From NCBI GenBank assembly GCA_039802605.1, contig JBDRWW010000008.1, positions 6,108 to 70,107 on the forward strand: a DNA stretch of 64,000 nucleotides. Reading direction: 5' to 3'. The stretch's first letter is position 1. Every line of letters begins with the position of its first letter. The position numbers and the translations under genes are program-made. Below are positions 38,413 to 49,344 of this stretch, piece after piece. Source of the stretch: a candidate division WOR-3 bacterium. GTDB lineage: Bacteria; Hydrothermota; Hydrothermia; LBFQ01. The notes beneath the pieces are model-generated. The model saw only the letters and a list, made by a program, of their open reading frames with translations. It searched no databases and was not told the origin of the DNA.

Positions 38413-39261
38413 CTAAACTTTTAAATGCCTAATATTTAAGGTTAAAACCGGTATATGCGACCTTGAAATCACCCCTTCCGCGACGCTGCCAAAAATAACC
38501 CTTTGGATTCCCGTCCTTCCATGGCTACCTATAACCAAAAGGTCGTAATGATTCCTCTCGGCGTAATCCACGATCGCACCCGCATAATCCAAGGTTGGGG
38601 AGAATGAAACCTCAATAACCTTTTCCGCACCTTCAAAATCGGGCATTTCTTTCATTATCTGGTTTATATAAGCCTCCTTTTCCTTAGGGTCTATTACAAA
38701 ATCCACAACTATGGCGTGGTATAGGGTTATTTTCCCCCAGTTGGCAATTTTTGGTAGAAAGTTTATAATGGTTTGTGTGGCGGATGAAAGATCAACGGCC
38801 ACAAGTATTTTTTCCAATTTTATATGTGGAAACCTAAGGGTTATAACCGGAATGGGACTTTCGTGTAAAAGGGCTTTTGCAAATGAACCTATGAGAAACC
38901 CCTTTACGCCGGATAATCCTTTGGTACCCACACATATGAAATCCGCCTTAAACAATTCGGCTTCTTTTATCGTTTCGTTTATCGGATCCCCTATTGCAAG
39001 TTTTGAGGAAACCTTTAAGCCCTTTGCCTTTAACTTTTGTTCCCATTCTACGAGGCTTTGTTCCGCATTTTCCTTAGCCTTCTCCCAGGCGTTTATCATG
39101 CCGGCAAATTGGGAGACAAACGGACCGTACATACCACCTATGTCCGGGAATACATGCAGGAGTAAAATTTCCGTATCCTCTCTTTTTGAAACCGCATTTA
39201 TGAAACTTTCAACATACCTGCTATTCTCCGAAAAATCCGTTGCATAAACCAATCTTTTCAT
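38413..39261 (-). CDS. Universal stress protein (tandem UspA domains).
   Basis: Two UspA-like halves, each ending in a G-x2-G-x9-G-S motif (VIGSHGRTGIQRVIFGSVAEGV). Confidence 0.8.
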   Translation of the reverse strand: MKRLVYATDFSENSRYVESFINAVSKREDTEILLLHVFPDIGGMYGPFVSQFAGMINAWEKAKENAEQSLVEWEQKLKAKGLKVSSKLAIGDPINETIKEAELFKADFICVGTKGLSGVKGFLIGSFAKALLHESPIPVITLRFPHIKLEKILVAVDLSSATQTIINFLPKIANWGKITLYHAIVVDFVIDPKEKEAYINQIMKEMPDFEGAEKVIEVSFSPTLDYAGAIVDYAERNHYDLLVIGSHGRTGIQRVIFGSVAEGVISRSHIPVLTLNIRHLKV

Positions 39262-39845
39262 TTTCCCCCCTTTAAATTTAAAAGCTTTTCTTTAACCTCA
39301 TCCAACTCGTTTATCAACCTCTCTATTTCGCCATAAGCCTGTTGTATTATCCTATCGGCCGTAGCCTTTGCTATTTTTAAAACTTCCGAAGGGGTTTCGG
39401 AGGCTTTCTTGCCCTTCAGCTCTTCGTTCTCCTTTAAAAGTTCTTCAAACTTTTGATTTAACAGTGTGTATTCGTTTTTAAGTTTGTTGTACTCCTGCGT
39501 GATTTTCTCCAAAGCCTCTTTATACCTTTGCAATTCTTCGGATGAAGCGCTTCTCTTTTCCAACTCCTCCAATTTCTTCCTCAACAACTCGTTTTCCTGT
39601 TTTAAGAGCTCTATTTCATCCTCCTTTTTCTCAACCTCAGCTTTGATTTCTTCTATATCCAATAGGTCCAATTTCAGCTGGGCGAGTTCGGCCTCCAATT
39701 CGTTTTTCTCCTTTATGAGGCTTTCCATCTCCTTTGCAATCTGGTCCAAGAACTCCAAAACCTGGTTCTTATTAAAACCCCCAAATAGCGCCCCCTTAAA
39801 ATGGGCGTTCCTAATATCGTTTGGTTTAATCCTTGCCATAATCAT
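39258..39845 (-). CDS. DivIVA domain protein.
   Basis: The N-terminal IKPNDIRNAHFKGALFGGFNKNQVLEFLDQIAKE is followed by coiled coil. Confidence 0.75.
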   Translation of the reverse strand: MIMARIKPNDIRNAHFKGALFGGFNKNQVLEFLDQIAKEMESLIKEKNELEAELAQLKLDLLDIEEIKAEVEKKEDEIELLKQENELLRKKLEELEKRSASSEELQRYKEALEKITQEYNKLKNEYTLLNQKFEELLKENEELKGKKASETPSEVLKIAKATADRIIQQAYGEIERLINELDEVKEKLLNLKGGK

Positions 39846-41068
39846 CCTCCTTTTCTTTCTATAACCATTTCCCTTTCTTTTCCAACGGAAACAAAGGTTA
39901 TGGGCACTCCGGTAATCTTTTCCACCTCTTCAAGCATATCCGTCCAAGAAGGATAATCCTTATAAATGGGCTTAACCCTATACCAATCTTCGGAAAAAGG
40001 TGGTGGGTAGTTGAGTAAAGTTCCGGATAAATCGTAAGATATTGCCGCCCTAAATATCCCCACCTTTTCAAGTACATCTATCTTGGTGACGAATAAATCC
40101 GTACAACCGTTGATTATACAAGCATACCTTATCATAGGTATATCCAACCAACCACACCTCCTAGCCCTACCCGTTGTTGTGCCGTATTCCCCTCCTATTT
40201 CTTTTAACATTTCACCCGTTTCGGACAACTCTTCCGTTGGGAATGGCCCCTCACCAACCCTTGTTGTATAGGCCTTAAAAACCCCTATTATCCTTTTTAT
40301 TTTCCAAGGGGCTATTCCGGCTCCAACCGTTGCCCCTCCGCTTATGGTATGCGAGGATGTAACAAATGGATATGTCCCAAAGTTTATGTCCAAATATGTC
40401 CCCTGTGCCCCCTCTAAGAGTATTCTCGCCCCCGTTTTTTCAAGTTCTTCAAGTAAAAGAACAACATCGCGGACAAAATCCTTTACATAATCCGCAAAAT
40501 CCGATAAAAATCCGTATAAATAATCGTAATCAAAAAACTTCTCACCGTAAGACTCAACAACCCTTTTGTTAAATTCATAAGCCCTTAGCATATATTCTTT
40601 GAGGTAAGAGGGTCTTAAAGTATCGCCTACCTTTATGCCAAACCTCGCATATCTATCCCTATTTGTTGGACCTATACCGCGTTTGGTGGTACCTATGGGT
40701 TTTTCCGAATGTTTTTCAAAAAGCCCATCTTCTAATTTGTGATAGGGCATAACTATATGTGCCCTGGGGTCTATAAACAACCTACCCCTTAAATCCCCCA
40801 CATGTTTTTTAAGGTTTTCAACTTCGGATTTAAACACCTCGGGGTCTATGACAACGCCGGGGCCTATAATACCTATCACATCTTCCCTCAGCAACCCCGA
40901 AGGTAGTATGTGAAAGGAAAATTTATTACCATTTACATATACGGTATGGCCTGCGTTCGCACCCCCTTGAAACCTTACAACCGCATCGTAATCCTTGGCA
41001 AGGAAATCTATAACCTTTCCCTTCCCCTCATCTCCCCATTGCAATCCCACTATTGCCGTATATGACAT
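39842..41068 (-). CDS. purA: Adenylosuccinate synthetase.
   Basis: GLQWGDEGKGKVIDFLA is the P-loop. GIGPTNRDRYAR is present. Confidence 0.92.
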   Translation of the reverse strand: MSYTAIVGLQWGDEGKGKVIDFLAKDYDAVVRFQGGANAGHTVYVNGNKFSFHILPSGLLREDVIGIIGPGVVIDPEVFKSEVENLKKHVGDLRGRLFIDPRAHIVMPYHKLEDGLFEKHSEKPIGTTKRGIGPTNRDRYARFGIKVGDTLRPSYLKEYMLRAYEFNKRVVESYGEKFFDYDYLYGFLSDFADYVKDFVRDVVLLLEELEKTGARILLEGAQGTYLDINFGTYPFVTSSHTISGGATVGAGIAPWKIKRIIGVFKAYTTRVGEGPFPTEELSETGEMLKEIGGEYGTTTGRARRCGWLDIPMIRYACIINGCTDLFVTKIDVLEKVGIFRAAISYDLSGTLLNYPPPFSEDWYRVKPIYKDYPSWTDMLEEVEKITGVPITFVSVGKEREMVIERKGG

Positions 41069-41089
41069 AAAGGGTATTTTAAGGGTGAA

Positions 41090-41401
41090 TTAGTCTATGG
41101 GTTCTCCGCATTTCTTGCACACCCTTTTCTTCTCACCATTTACAAATGTGAAACCCACCCTTGTGGGCCGCCCACACTTTGGACATATCAGTTTTAGGTT
41201 TGAGATGTGTATGGGTGCTTCTTTTTCCACTATTCTACCGGGCCCCTCTGGACCCCTTTTTTCATGCTTCTTAACCAAGTTTGCACCTTCAACAATAGCC
41301 CTTTCCTTTTTTGGGAAAACCTTTAAAACCTTACCGGTTATACCTTTACTCTTCCCGCTTATTACCAAAACCGTGTCCCCCCTCTTAATTTTTCTTGCCA
41401 T
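41090..41401 (-). CDS. rplX: Ribosomal protein L24, zinc-ribbon (C4) variant.
   Basis: The KOW motif is [18 protein letters not shown]. The C-terminus [31 protein letters not shown] has CxxC...CxxC. Confidence 0.9.
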   Translation of the reverse strand: MARKIKRGDTVLVISGKSKGITGKVLKVFPKKERAIVEGANLVKKHEKRGPEGPGRIVEKEAPIHISNLKLICPKCGRPTRVGFTFVNGEKKRVCKKCGEPID

Positions 41402-41787
41402 TACAACACCTCCGGGGCAAGGGATACTATCTTGGTAAACCCTTTATCGCGGAGTTCTCTCGCAACGGGTCCAAATACCCTTGTACCCTTGGGTTCCCCC
41501 GCTTGGTTGATGAGAACAACGGCGTTGTCCCCAAACCTGATATAAGAACCATCCCTTCTTCTAATTTCCTTTTTAGTCCTAACTATCACGGCTCTATGTA
41601 CTTCTCCTTTCTTCACAGGGGAGTTGGGGGCGGCCTTTTTTATGCTAACAACCACCACATCTCCAACCGTAGCCGCAACCCTTCCCCCCTTCCTACCGCT
41701 ACCCTTTAAAACCTTTATTATTAAAGCCTCCTTTGCCCCCGTATTATCCGCAACATTAACATATGAGAGTTCAGGAAGGTTCTTCAT
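41401..41787 (-). CDS. rplN: Ribosomal protein L14.
   Basis: [19 protein letters not shown]...[10 protein letters not shown]. The start is placed at the internal MKNLPE. Confidence 0.9.
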   Translation of the reverse strand: MKNLPELSYVNVADNTGAKEALIIKVLKGSGRKGGRVAATVGDVVVVSIKKAAPNSPVKKGEVHRAVIVRTKKEIRRRDGSYIRFGDNAVVLINQAGEPKGTRVFGPVARELRDKGFTKIVSLAPEVL

Positions 41788-42082
41788 TTTGCATAACCTC
41801 CTTTGCAATTTCCTCCAAAACGGGCGCCTTCCTTATAATCCTTACAAGCCTCCACCTCTTCAACTTTGAAAGGGGTCTAGTTTCCATAACCTCTACAAAA
41901 TCCCCCACTTTACTCTCGTTATTCTCATCGTGGACATAAATTTTCTTGCGCTTTTTAATGTATTTGTGATATTTGGGATGCTCCACGATTCTATAAACTA
42001 CAACCACGCGGGTTTTGTTCATTTTATCGCTAACAACCACACCCCTTAAAACCTTCCTTTTACCCCTTTTAACCTCGCTCAT
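41771..42082 (-). CDS. rpsQ: Ribosomal protein S17.
   Basis: [20 protein letters not shown]...[24 protein letters not shown]. Confidence 0.92.
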   Translation of the reverse strand: MSEVKRGKRKVLRGVVVSDKMNKTRVVVVYRIVEHPKYHKYIKKRKKIYVHDENNESKVGDFVEVMETRPLSKLKRWRLVRIIRKAPVLEEIAKEVMQNEEPS

Positions 42083-42282
42083 AGTTTAACCCCCTTTTCC
42101 CTTAAAACCGTCAATACCCTGGCTATTTCCCTTCTGTAATGCCTTATAAGGTTTTTATCTTCAAGTTGCCCCAGTTTTCTCTTAAACCGGGCATCCCTGA
42201 GTTGGGCCTTCAAAACCTTTAACCTTGCGGTTAGCTCTTCAACCTCCAATTGCCTCAACTCTCGTGCCTTTGTTGGTTTCAT
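42079..42282 (-). CDS. rpmC: Ribosomal protein L29.
   Basis: ELRQLEVEELTARLKVLKAQLRDARF. Confidence 0.9.
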   Translation of the reverse strand: MKPTKARELRQLEVEELTARLKVLKAQLRDARFKRKLGQLEDKNLIRHYRREIARVLTVLREKGVKL

Positions 42283-42698
42283 CGGAACACCTCCCCTGCC
42301 TTTACGATTTTCGTTTTAACGGGGAGTTTGGACGCGGCTACGCGTAGAACTTCCATGGCTTCCTCCTCTCCCACGCCGGTTATTTCAACTATGACGGTAC
42401 CCGGTTTTACGAAGGCAAACCACCCCTCAACATCGCCTTTGCCGCCACCCATCCTAACCTCTGCGGGTTTTTTGGTATAAGGTCTGTGGGGGAATATCCT
42501 TATCCAGAATTTCGCCTTTTTGCCTATCCCCCTAACTATCGCCACCCTCATTGCTTCAATCTGATTTGAAAATATCCTGCCGTATTCTAGGCTCTTTAAA
42601 CCGTAATCGCCAAACTCTACCTTGTTCCCACTTGTGGCTATACCTCTTAACTTTGGCCTATGCTGTTTCCTCCACTTAACCTTTCTGGGTTGCATCAT
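42279..42698 (-). CDS. rplP: Ribosomal protein L16.
   Basis: MMQPRKVKWRKQHRPKLRG...FGDYGLKSLE. Confidence 0.92.
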   Translation of the reverse strand: MMQPRKVKWRKQHRPKLRGIATSGNKVEFGDYGLKSLEYGRIFSNQIEAMRVAIVRGIGKKAKFWIRIFPHRPYTKKPAEVRMGGGKGDVEGWFAFVKPGTVIVEITGVGEEEAMEVLRVAASKLPVKTKIVKAGEVFR

Positions 42699-43360
42699 GG
42701 CAGTTCCTCCTCACCTCCCCTTAAAATATCCCCTTTATAAATCCAAACCTTAACGCCTATGGTTCCCCACTTTGTAAATGCGGTGTCGTAGCCGTAATCT
42801 ATATTTGCCCTAAGGGTTTGGAGGGGTACCCTCCCCTTGATATACCATTCCTTTCGTGCTATTTCCGCTCCTGCTATCCTACCCTTTACCTGTACCCGTA
42901 TCCCCTTTGCCCCCAACCTCATAGCGGCAAAGACGGCCCTCTTCATTAACCTCCGGTGATACGCCCTCTGTTCCAGCTTTCTCGCTATGTTGTACGCCAC
43001 CAACTGGGCATCCAATTCGGGTTGTTGGATTTCCCTGTATTCCACCATAATTTCTTTACCGAATCTCTTCTTCAAGGCTTCCCTTAAACCCTCTATGCTC
43101 TGCCCCTGTCTACCGATTATAACCCCTGGCCTTGCCGTGTATATTATTGCGGTTGTGATGTTTGCCGTGCGCTCTATAACTATCCTTGAAATTTGGGGGT
43201 CGTTTGGTGAGGATTTGTAATAATCAACTATGAACTTCCTTATATGGTAATCTTCAAGGAGGTTTTGGACATATTCCTTTTTGGTTTCCGCATACCATGT
43301 GGATTGCCAAGGCCTAAAATAGCCGGTTCTTAAACCAATTGGATGCGCCTTCTGTCCCAT
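42695..43360 (-). CDS. rpsC: Ribosomal protein S3.
   Basis: MGQKAHPIGLRTGY is the KH domain. GAKGIRVQVKGRIAGAEIAR is present. Confidence 0.92.
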   Translation of the reverse strand: MGQKAHPIGLRTGYFRPWQSTWYAETKKEYVQNLLEDYHIRKFIVDYYKSSPNDPQISRIVIERTANITTAIIYTARPGVIIGRQGQSIEGLREALKKRFGKEIMVEYREIQQPELDAQLVAYNIARKLEQRAYHRRLMKRAVFAAMRLGAKGIRVQVKGRIAGAEIARKEWYIKGRVPLQTLRANIDYGYDTAFTKWGTIGVKVWIYKGDILRGGEEELP

Positions 43361-43783
43361 TTATTTCCCCTCCTTTACAACAAATACCGTTATATGCGAA
43401 GTCCTCCTCCTAAAAATCCCGTTCCCCCCAAAACGGGCGGGTTTAACCGCGGGCTTCGGTATTTTCCACATGGGGCCTTTATCAACCTTAACCAAACCTA
43501 TACGGAGGGTGGGGTAGAGGTCATCAACCCTTTTATCTGGTTCAAATTTATCCCTGTAAGAGGCCACGGCCGCCCTTAAAACCTTCCTCATAATCCTTGC
43601 CCCTTTCTTCGGTGTGAATTGTAGGATATAATCGGCTTCCTGTACATTCATGTTCCTTATAAGGTCCGCTATGAGTTTCATCTTCTTTGGGGATATTCTC
43701 GCCCTCCTCAATATGGCGATGCCACCCAACTTTTTCAATTCCGACCTGGGAAGCCTTCCAAAGTCCGTTATTTGGGTTTTCAT
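43361..43783 (-). CDS. rplV: Ribosomal protein L22.
   Basis: [16 protein letters not shown]...[11 protein letters not shown]. Confidence 0.9.
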   Translation of the reverse strand: MKTQITDFGRLPRSELKKLGGIAILRRARISPKKMKLIADLIRNMNVQEADYILQFTPKKGARIMRKVLRAAVASYRDKFEPDKRVDDLYPTLRIGLVKVDKGPMWKIPKPAVKPARFGGNGIFRRRTSHITVFVVKEGK

Positions 43784-44064
43784 TTCTTATCCACCTTCTT
43801 TCCTTCTTTATCCTTATGGCCTCCGAATGTGCGCGTGGGGGCGAATTCTCCGAGGCGGTGTCCAACCATATCCTGGGTGATATACACGGGTATAAACTTC
43901 CTACCGTTATGAACCATAAATGTCAAACCTATCATCTCCGGTACTATCATAGAAGCCCTTGACCAGGTTTTTATAGGGGTTTTGTCCCCCGTTTCCAAAG
44001 CCCTTTTAACCTTTTTCATCAATTTTGGATCAACATAAGGCCCCTTCTTTAAACTCCTACCCAT
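43780..44064 (-). CDS. rpsS: Ribosomal protein S19.
   Basis: [12 protein letters not shown]...[32 protein letters not shown]. Confidence 0.92.
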   Translation of the reverse strand: MGRSLKKGPYVDPKLMKKVKRALETGDKTPIKTWSRASMIVPEMIGLTFMVHNGRKFIPVYITQDMVGHRLGEFAPTRTFGGHKDKEGKKVDKK

Positions 44065-44067
44065 ATT

Positions 44068-44916
44068 TCACTCCTTTGAACCGTAACCTATTCTCCTCCT
44101 CTTGACTATAAACTCGGAAGAGATTTTCCTCGGATTTCTGGTCTTTACACCCCTTGCCAGCTTACCCCAAGGCGTCTTGGGTATTTTACCCTTTGTCCTA
44201 CCCTCTCCACCTCCATGCGGGTGATCTACGGGGTTCATAGCCACACCCCTTACAGAAGGCCTCCTACCGAGCCACCTGCTCCTTCCAGCCTTTCCGAGAG
44301 TAACGTTTTCATGATCCACATTTGAAACTTGGCCAATGGTTGCATAACAATCGGGGTGGAATTTCCTGATCTCTCCGGACGGAAGTTGCACATAAACCCA
44401 GTTTTCATCTTTTGAAAGTATAACGGCCTGAGTTCCAGCCGCTCTAACGAGTTGTCCGCCTTTCCCGGGGATAATCTCCAAATTGTGGATAGGTATTCCC
44501 TCCGGTATTCTACTCATCGGTAATGCGTTACCCGGCCTTATAGGGGCATCCGGACCGGATATAACTTCATCTCCCACCTTTATACCTTCGGGTGCCAATA
44601 TGTACCTCTTTTCGCCATCTTTATACGCAACCAAGGCGATAAACGCGGTCCTATTGGGGTCGTACTCTATGGATTTTACAACACCTGGAATTCCGTTTTT
44701 ATCCCTACGGTAGAAATCCACCAGACGGTACTTCCTCTTATTCCCACCTCCCCTATGCCTTACCGTTATCTTACCCTGATTGTTCCTCCCGGCCTTTTGC
44801 TTTTTGGGTTTTGTTAAAGATTTCTCGGGTTCTTCCTTTGTAATATATGCCGAGTAATCTATAACACTCATAAACCTCCTGCCGGGAGTTGTGGGTTTAT
44901 ACCTCTTAACCGGCAT
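44068..44916 (-). CDS. rplB: Ribosomal protein L2.
   Basis: [16 protein letters not shown] and the other L2 signatures. Confidence 0.92.
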   Translation of the reverse strand: MPVKRYKPTTPGRRFMSVIDYSAYITKEEPEKSLTKPKKQKAGRNNQGKITVRHRGGGNKRKYRLVDFYRRDKNGIPGVVKSIEYDPNRTAFIALVAYKDGEKRYILAPEGIKVGDEVISGPDAPIRPGNALPMSRIPEGIPIHNLEIIPGKGGQLVRAAGTQAVILSKDENWVYVQLPSGEIRKFHPDCYATIGQVSNVDHENVTLGKAGRSRWLGRRPSVRGVAMNPVDHPHGGGEGRTKGKIPKTPWGKLARGVKTRNPRKISSEFIVKRRRIGYGSKE

Positions 44917-44917
44917 A

Positions 44918-45214
44918 TTAAACCTCCAAGTCTATTTTATAACCCTCTTCAAGCGTAACTACGGCCTTCTTGTACGAAGATGTATAACCGACTTTTAGCC
45001 TATTCCTCAATCCCCTTTTCGGTTTGGGTTTAACTACCATGGTATTCACCTTCTTTACCTTAACCTTGAAGATCTTCTCGACCGCCTCTTTTATCTGCCT
45101 CTTGTTCGCATCCTTGTGGACTATGAATATATACTTGTTTTGAGTATCCCTCAAATTTAAAGCCTTTTCCGTAATTACGGGCTCTATGATTATATCTTCA
45201 TAAGTAAGCTTCAT
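44918..45214 (-). CDS. rplW: Ribosomal protein L23.
   Basis: The size and the PVITEKA...KYIFIV...KVKKVNT pattern fit. Confidence 0.88.
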   Translation of the reverse strand: MKLTYEDIIIEPVITEKALNLRDTQNKYIFIVHKDANKRQIKEAVEKIFKVKVKKVNTMVVKPKPKRGLRNRLKVGYTSSYKKAVVTLEEGYKIDLEV

Positions 45215-45834
45215 TTCAACAACCTCCCCTTCAAAACATCAATCGCACCCCTTTCTATGAAAACATGCTCGGACCAAAGGACATAATAGGTGTTCACCGT
45301 ATCGGCTGGTAAAACTTCAACATCCTCTATGTTCCTCGCCGATAGGTAAAAGGTCCTGTTGGCGTTTTCCGGAACGAAAAGGATATTCCCATCAACCCCA
45401 ACACTTTTAATCAGGTTGGCGACAACCTTGGTTTTAGGGGTTTCCATATTGAAGCTTTCCACGACATATATCCTGTTGTTTTGAGCCCTATCGCTCAAAG
45501 CCATTCTTAAAGCGAGGTTTTTAACCTTTTGTGGGAGTTTAATGTAATAATCCCTAGGCCTCGGCCCGTGCGCCTTACCGCCGCCTACGAATATAGGGGC
45601 ATACCTATCCCCATGCCTCGCCCTACCGGTGTGCTTCTGTGGCCATATTTTCTTGCGGGAACCCACAACCTCACCCCTTGTTTTGGCCTTGTGTGTTCCC
45701 TGCCTTTGGTTTATCAGATAAGCCCTTACGACTTCCCATAGGACATGCCTATTCGGTTCAATTCCAAAAATATCTTCGGGAAGTTCCATTTCGCCGGTTT
45801 TCTCACCGATTATATTGTAAACCGGTGCCTTCAT
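45211..45834 (-). CDS. rplD: Ribosomal protein L4.
   Basis: [25 protein letters not shown]...[13 protein letters not shown]. Confidence 0.92.
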   Translation of the reverse strand: MKAPVYNIIGEKTGEMELPEDIFGIEPNRHVLWEVVRAYLINQRQGTHKAKTRGEVVGSRKKIWPQKHTGRARHGDRYAPIFVGGGKAHGPRPRDYYIKLPQKVKNLALRMALSDRAQNNRIYVVESFNMETPKTKVVANLIKSVGVDGNILFVPENANRTFYLSARNIEDVEVLPADTVNTYYVLWSEHVFIERGAIDVLKGRLLK

Positions 45835-46493
45835 ATCACCCTCCCGTATTTATAAACCGCCGGCCTTACAAACACATAACCGCCCTTGTGCCCGGGAACG
45901 CCACCTTTTACGAGCAATAAGTTGTGTTCTGGGATTATCTTAACGAGTTTTAGGTTTAATATGGTGACGGTTTCGTTTCCGTAATGACCCGCCATCTTTT
46001 TACCCTTCCAAACCCTTGCGGGGAATGTGTGTTGTCCTATTGATCCGGGTCTCCTGTGGAATTTTGAACCGTGAGCGGCGGGACCACCCGAGAAATCCCA
46101 CCTCTTTATCACACCGGCAAAACCCCTTCCCTTTGTTTTACCCTGAACATCCACAACTTCTATCCCCTCAAAAACTTTTACATCCAAACCCTCACCTATG
46201 GGGAATTTATCCAAGTCGTTGGTCTTTACCTCATAAAATTTGGTGGGATATAGTTCCCTTTCCCCCAATTGTTTTTTAACAAAACCCAAAACCGCCCTTT
46301 TTATCTTTTGAGGGGGTTTAAAAAAGTATCCCACTATAAGGGCGTTATAACCATCCCTTTCCTTTGTCCTATACCCCACAACTATGTTTTCGGGTATTTG
46401 CAAAACCGTAACGCCTACGGGTATTGCCAAGGGTTCCCCCTCGGGTTGAACATAAACTTGCGTCATACCCAACTTTTTGGCCAAAACCCTCAT
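45831..46493 (-). CDS. rplC: Ribosomal protein L3.
   Basis: KKLGMTQVY...GKTKGRGFAGVIKRW. Confidence 0.92.
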   Translation of the reverse strand: MRVLAKKLGMTQVYVQPEGEPLAIPVGVTVLQIPENIVVGYRTKERDGYNALIVGYFFKPPQKIKRAVLGFVKKQLGERELYPTKFYEVKTNDLDKFPIGEGLDVKVFEGIEVVDVQGKTKGRGFAGVIKRWDFSGGPAAHGSKFHRRPGSIGQHTFPARVWKGKKMAGHYGNETVTILNLKLVKIIPEHNLLLVKGGVPGHKGGYVFVRPAVYKYGRVI

Positions 46494-46498
46494 TGAAT

Positions 46499-46810
46499 TT
46501 ACTCCTGCAATAACTTAACCTTAACATCCACGCCGGGAGGTATGTCTATCTGGGAGATCTTATCCATGGTTTCAGGTGTTGCGTTTGAGATTTCTATTAA
46601 CCTTGCATGTCTCTTTAAAATGAAATGCTCTTGTCCCCTCTTGTCAATATGAGGACCCCTAATTACGGCAAATAGGGTTTTGCGCGTTGGTAGGGGGATC
46701 GGCCCGGATACCGTTGCCCCCGTGGATCTGGCTGTCACAACGATTTGTTTTGCAACCCTATCCAACACCGCGGGATCAAACGATTTCAGTTTTAGCCTAA
46801 TCTTATCCAT
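46499..46810 (-). CDS. rpsJ: Ribosomal protein S10.
   Basis: IRLKLKSFD...SGPIPLPTRK...HIDKRGQEHFILKRHARLIEI. Confidence 0.92.
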   Translation of the reverse strand: MDKIRLKLKSFDPAVLDRVAKQIVVTARSTGATVSGPIPLPTRKTLFAVIRGPHIDKRGQEHFILKRHARLIEISNATPETMDKISQIDIPPGVDVKVKLLQE

Positions 46811-48027
46811 TATTCAATGATTTCGGTTATAACCCCGGCTCCAACCGTTCTTCCACCCTCGCGTATTGCAAACCTCAAACCCCTTTCTATTGCAACGGGA
46901 TATATGAGTTCTACCTCCATCTGTACATTATCGCCGGGCATTGCCATCTCCCTACCGTCTGCGAGTTTGATGGTTCCGGTAACATCCGTTGTTCTGAAAT
47001 AGAATTGGGGCCTATAACCGTTGAAGAAGGGGGTACTCCTTCCACCCTCTTCCTTTTTCAGGATATAAACCTCCGCCTTAAACTTCCTGTGAGCCTTTAT
47101 TGAGCCGGGCTTTGCCAAAACCATACCCCTCTCAACATCATCTTTGCTAACACCCCTCAAAAGGGCGCCTATGTTATCACCGGGTATGGCCTCATCCAAA
47201 ACTTTGCGGAACATTTCTATGGATGTAACCACGGTTTTCAGGGGTTCATCGCGGAAGCCCACTATTTCAACCTCATCACCGGCTTTTAATATACCCCTTT
47301 CAACCCTTCCCGTAACAACGGTTCCACGACCCGTAATGCTGAATACATCCTCTACGGCCATTAGGAACGGTTTGTCTATCTCCCTCACGGGCTCGGGTAT
47401 ATATTCGTCCAAGGCCTCCACGAGTTTAAGTATGGCCCCGGCCCCTATGGGATCATCAAAATTGGAAGGGTTTTGTAAGGCCCTAAGGGCAGAACCCCTT
47501 ATGACCGGAACCTCATCACCCGGATATCCGTATTGGTTTAATAGATCCCTAACCTCAAGCTCCACAAGGTCCAAAAGTTCGGGGTCATCAACGAGGTCAA
47601 CCTTGTTTATAAACACCACTATCGCCGGAACATTTACCTGACGGGCCAAGAGGACATGCTCCCTTGTCTGGGGCATTACGGAGTCTACTGCGGAAACCAC
47701 GAGAATAGCACCATCCATTTGTGCGGCTCCGGTTATCATGTTTTTGATGTAGTCCGCGTGCCCGGGGCAGTCTATGTGGGCGTAGTGGTATTTATCCGAT
47801 TCGTATTCCACATGCGCTATGTTTATCGTTAGGATTTTCGTTTCGTCTTTCCTCGCTATCTTTGCATCCGCCTTTGCAACCTCGTCGTAGCTCTTGGGTT
47901 GGGCCTTACCCTTGGCGGCCAAAACATGTGTTATTGCCGCCGTTAGAGTGGTTTTACCATGGTCTATATGCCCTATGGTGCCAACATTTTTATGCGGTTT
48001 TGTCCTAACAAATTTCTCCTTCGCCAT
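46810..48027 (-). CDS. tuf: Elongation factor Tu.
   Basis: [41 protein letters not shown] and NKVDLVDD. There is a strong AAGGAGGT SD 9 nt upstream. Confidence 0.95.
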   Translation of the reverse strand: MAKEKFVRTKPHKNVGTIGHIDHGKTTLTAAITHVLAAKGKAQPKSYDEVAKADAKIARKDETKILTINIAHVEYESDKYHYAHIDCPGHADYIKNMITGAAQMDGAILVVSAVDSVMPQTREHVLLARQVNVPAIVVFINKVDLVDDPELLDLVELEVRDLLNQYGYPGDEVPVIRGSALRALQNPSNFDDPIGAGAILKLVEALDEYIPEPVREIDKPFLMAVEDVFSITGRGTVVTGRVERGILKAGDEVEIVGFRDEPLKTVVTSIEMFRKVLDEAIPGDNIGALLRGVSKDDVERGMVLAKPGSIKAHRKFKAEVYILKKEEGGRSTPFFNGYRPQFYFRTTDVTGTIKLADGREMAMPGDNVQMEVELIYPVAIERGLRFAIREGGRTVGAGVITEIIE

Positions 48028-48046
48028 TTTCCTTACCTCCTTTAAA

Positions 48047-48118
48047 CTGCGGGGCAGGGACTCGAACCCCGATCTCCTGATCCAGAGTCAGGCGTGTTGC
48101 CAATTACACCACCCCGCA
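48047..48118 (-). tRNA. tRNA-Gln (CTG), with U1:A72 and discriminator G.
   Basis: Hand-folded: acceptor UGCGGGG/CCCCGCA, anticodon arm CCUGA-CUCUGGA-UCAGG, T-arm CGGGG-UUCGAGU-CCCUG. Confidence 0.7.
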
Positions 48119-48190
48119 ACAAAAATGAGCGGATATTATAAGGCTGAAATTCTTAAAGTGTAGGGGGTTTGATTTTGGGGTTACAAGTTT

Positions 48191-48916
48191 TCAAGGGCTT
48201 TGACTCGGGTTTGTTTTTTGAAAAAGTATAGCGCCCATATAAGTTTTTAAGTTCTCTATTTTTACCTCTGGATAAGCCACCTTGAAAGATTTAATAAGGC
48301 TGTTTTCGGACAGTGGCGGATAGTTTTCAAACATAAACCTTAAAAAATTCCGCACCTCATCATCCTGCGAGTAAACCATCATAAAAGGCATGATTATGTT
48401 AAAAAACATCTCTTCCTTCCTTGATAACCCAATGCCTTCAAAATTCATTATGCTTTTAAGAGAATTTTTGAGGTTTTTACTCCCTATCCCTGACTTTATT
48501 CTCTCCAAAAAGAAATTCACAAGGCCGCATTCAGTAGTTTTTGATAGAAGAACCGATATACCCTTAATTCTTTTCTCCGGAAAATTTGTAGGTCTTATCC
48601 CTTTGTAAATCCATACGGATTTATCCATCCTCAACGAGAAATCAAAGTCCTCCGGCAAGCCATTTTTATCATCTATAAATCCCGCTCTATACAAAAGTGC
48701 TTTTTCTATAATGGATTTTTCTTTTAGTTTTCTTATTTCTGCGTATGGAGTAATTAAAGCGAGTTCAAGGAAATTCACCTTGTTTTTGGGATAACCAAGT
48801 GAAAGCATAATTTCTCTGTAAATCGCTTCATCGGGAAGGGCAATTTTGAGAAGATTTTTCATCCTTTGCTTTTTGAGTTCAAGCCACTTGTCACCAAGAT
48901 AATTCAGGTCAATCAT
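48191..48916 (-). CDS. Hypothetical protein, the last gene of the AT-rich defence operon.
   Basis: A 241-aa AT-rich ORF co-directional with the HEPN gene, 23 nt downstream of it. No recognisable motif. Confidence 0.45.
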   Translation of the reverse strand: MIDLNYLGDKWLELKKQRMKNLLKIALPDEAIYREIMLSLGYPKNKVNFLELALITPYAEIRKLKEKSIIEKALLYRAGFIDDKNGLPEDFDFSLRMDKSVWIYKGIRPTNFPEKRIKGISVLLSKTTECGLVNFFLERIKSGIGSKNLKNSLKSIMNFEGIGLSRKEEMFFNIIMPFMMVYSQDDEVRNFLRFMFENYPPLSENSLIKSFKVAYPEVKIENLKTYMGAILFQKTNPSQSP

Positions 48917-48939
48917 AAATTTAGTTTCTTGGTAGAATT

Positions 48940-49344
48940 TTACTTTAAGTCTTCTTCTTTTACGGAGAGTTTTTTAAAAATGAAATCTTTTACTTTTTTT
49001 GCTATATCAAATGCCTTTTTCGCTTCATCAAGCGTTGGTGTATAAAATTCATCAGGATACCTTATCTCAACTGCGTAAAATGTAAGGTCTCCCACATCTA
49101 ATTCTTCAAACTCTTTATCCTCTTCACTGCATAGCTTCAAGAGAAATTCTAAATTATGAGTCCTGCCAAAATCCTTATTTTTAAAAGTAAGATATGCTTT
49201 TAATGCTTTTTCTACAAATTGTTGAGCGTGGAAACATACACTGCTTGTTACAATATCTTCTTCTGGCAATCTAAACTCATTTTCAATTGTCTTATAATCT
49301 TCAAGGGCTTTGAGCAGCCATTTTTTAACTCTTTCATCTATCAT
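48940..49344 (-). CDS. HEPN domain protein (toxin-like component of an MNT/HEPN pair).
   Basis: 134 aa, alpha-helical, with a GRTHNLEFLL (R-x-H-N) HEPN-like motif. It has a 4-nt overlap with the upstream nucleotidyltransferase gene. Confidence 0.6.
   Translation of the reverse strand: MIDERVKKWLLKALEDYKTIENEFRLPEEDIVTSSVCFHAQQFVEKALKAYLTFKNKDFGRTHNLEFLLKLCSEEDKEFEELDVGDLTFYAVEIRYPDEFYTPTLDEAKKAFDIAKKVKDFIFKKLSVKEEDLK

Noticed and set aside
43548-43865. A 105-aa same-strand ORF inside the rplV/rpsS region, and similar internal ORFs (e.g. 2587..2967, 17029..17475, 33381..33917, 39466..39864, 47144..47641).
   Set aside because: They lie entirely within, or antisense to, strongly supported conserved genes and have low-complexity or odd composition. 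They are spurious alternative-frame ORFs.
48028-48190. tRNA-linked integration of the defence island at the tRNA 3' end.
   Set aside because: The island lies on the 5' side of tRNA-Gln (minus strand), not at its 3' end. No integrase gene or duplicated tRNA 3' segment was seen, so it is reported only as island-adjacent.
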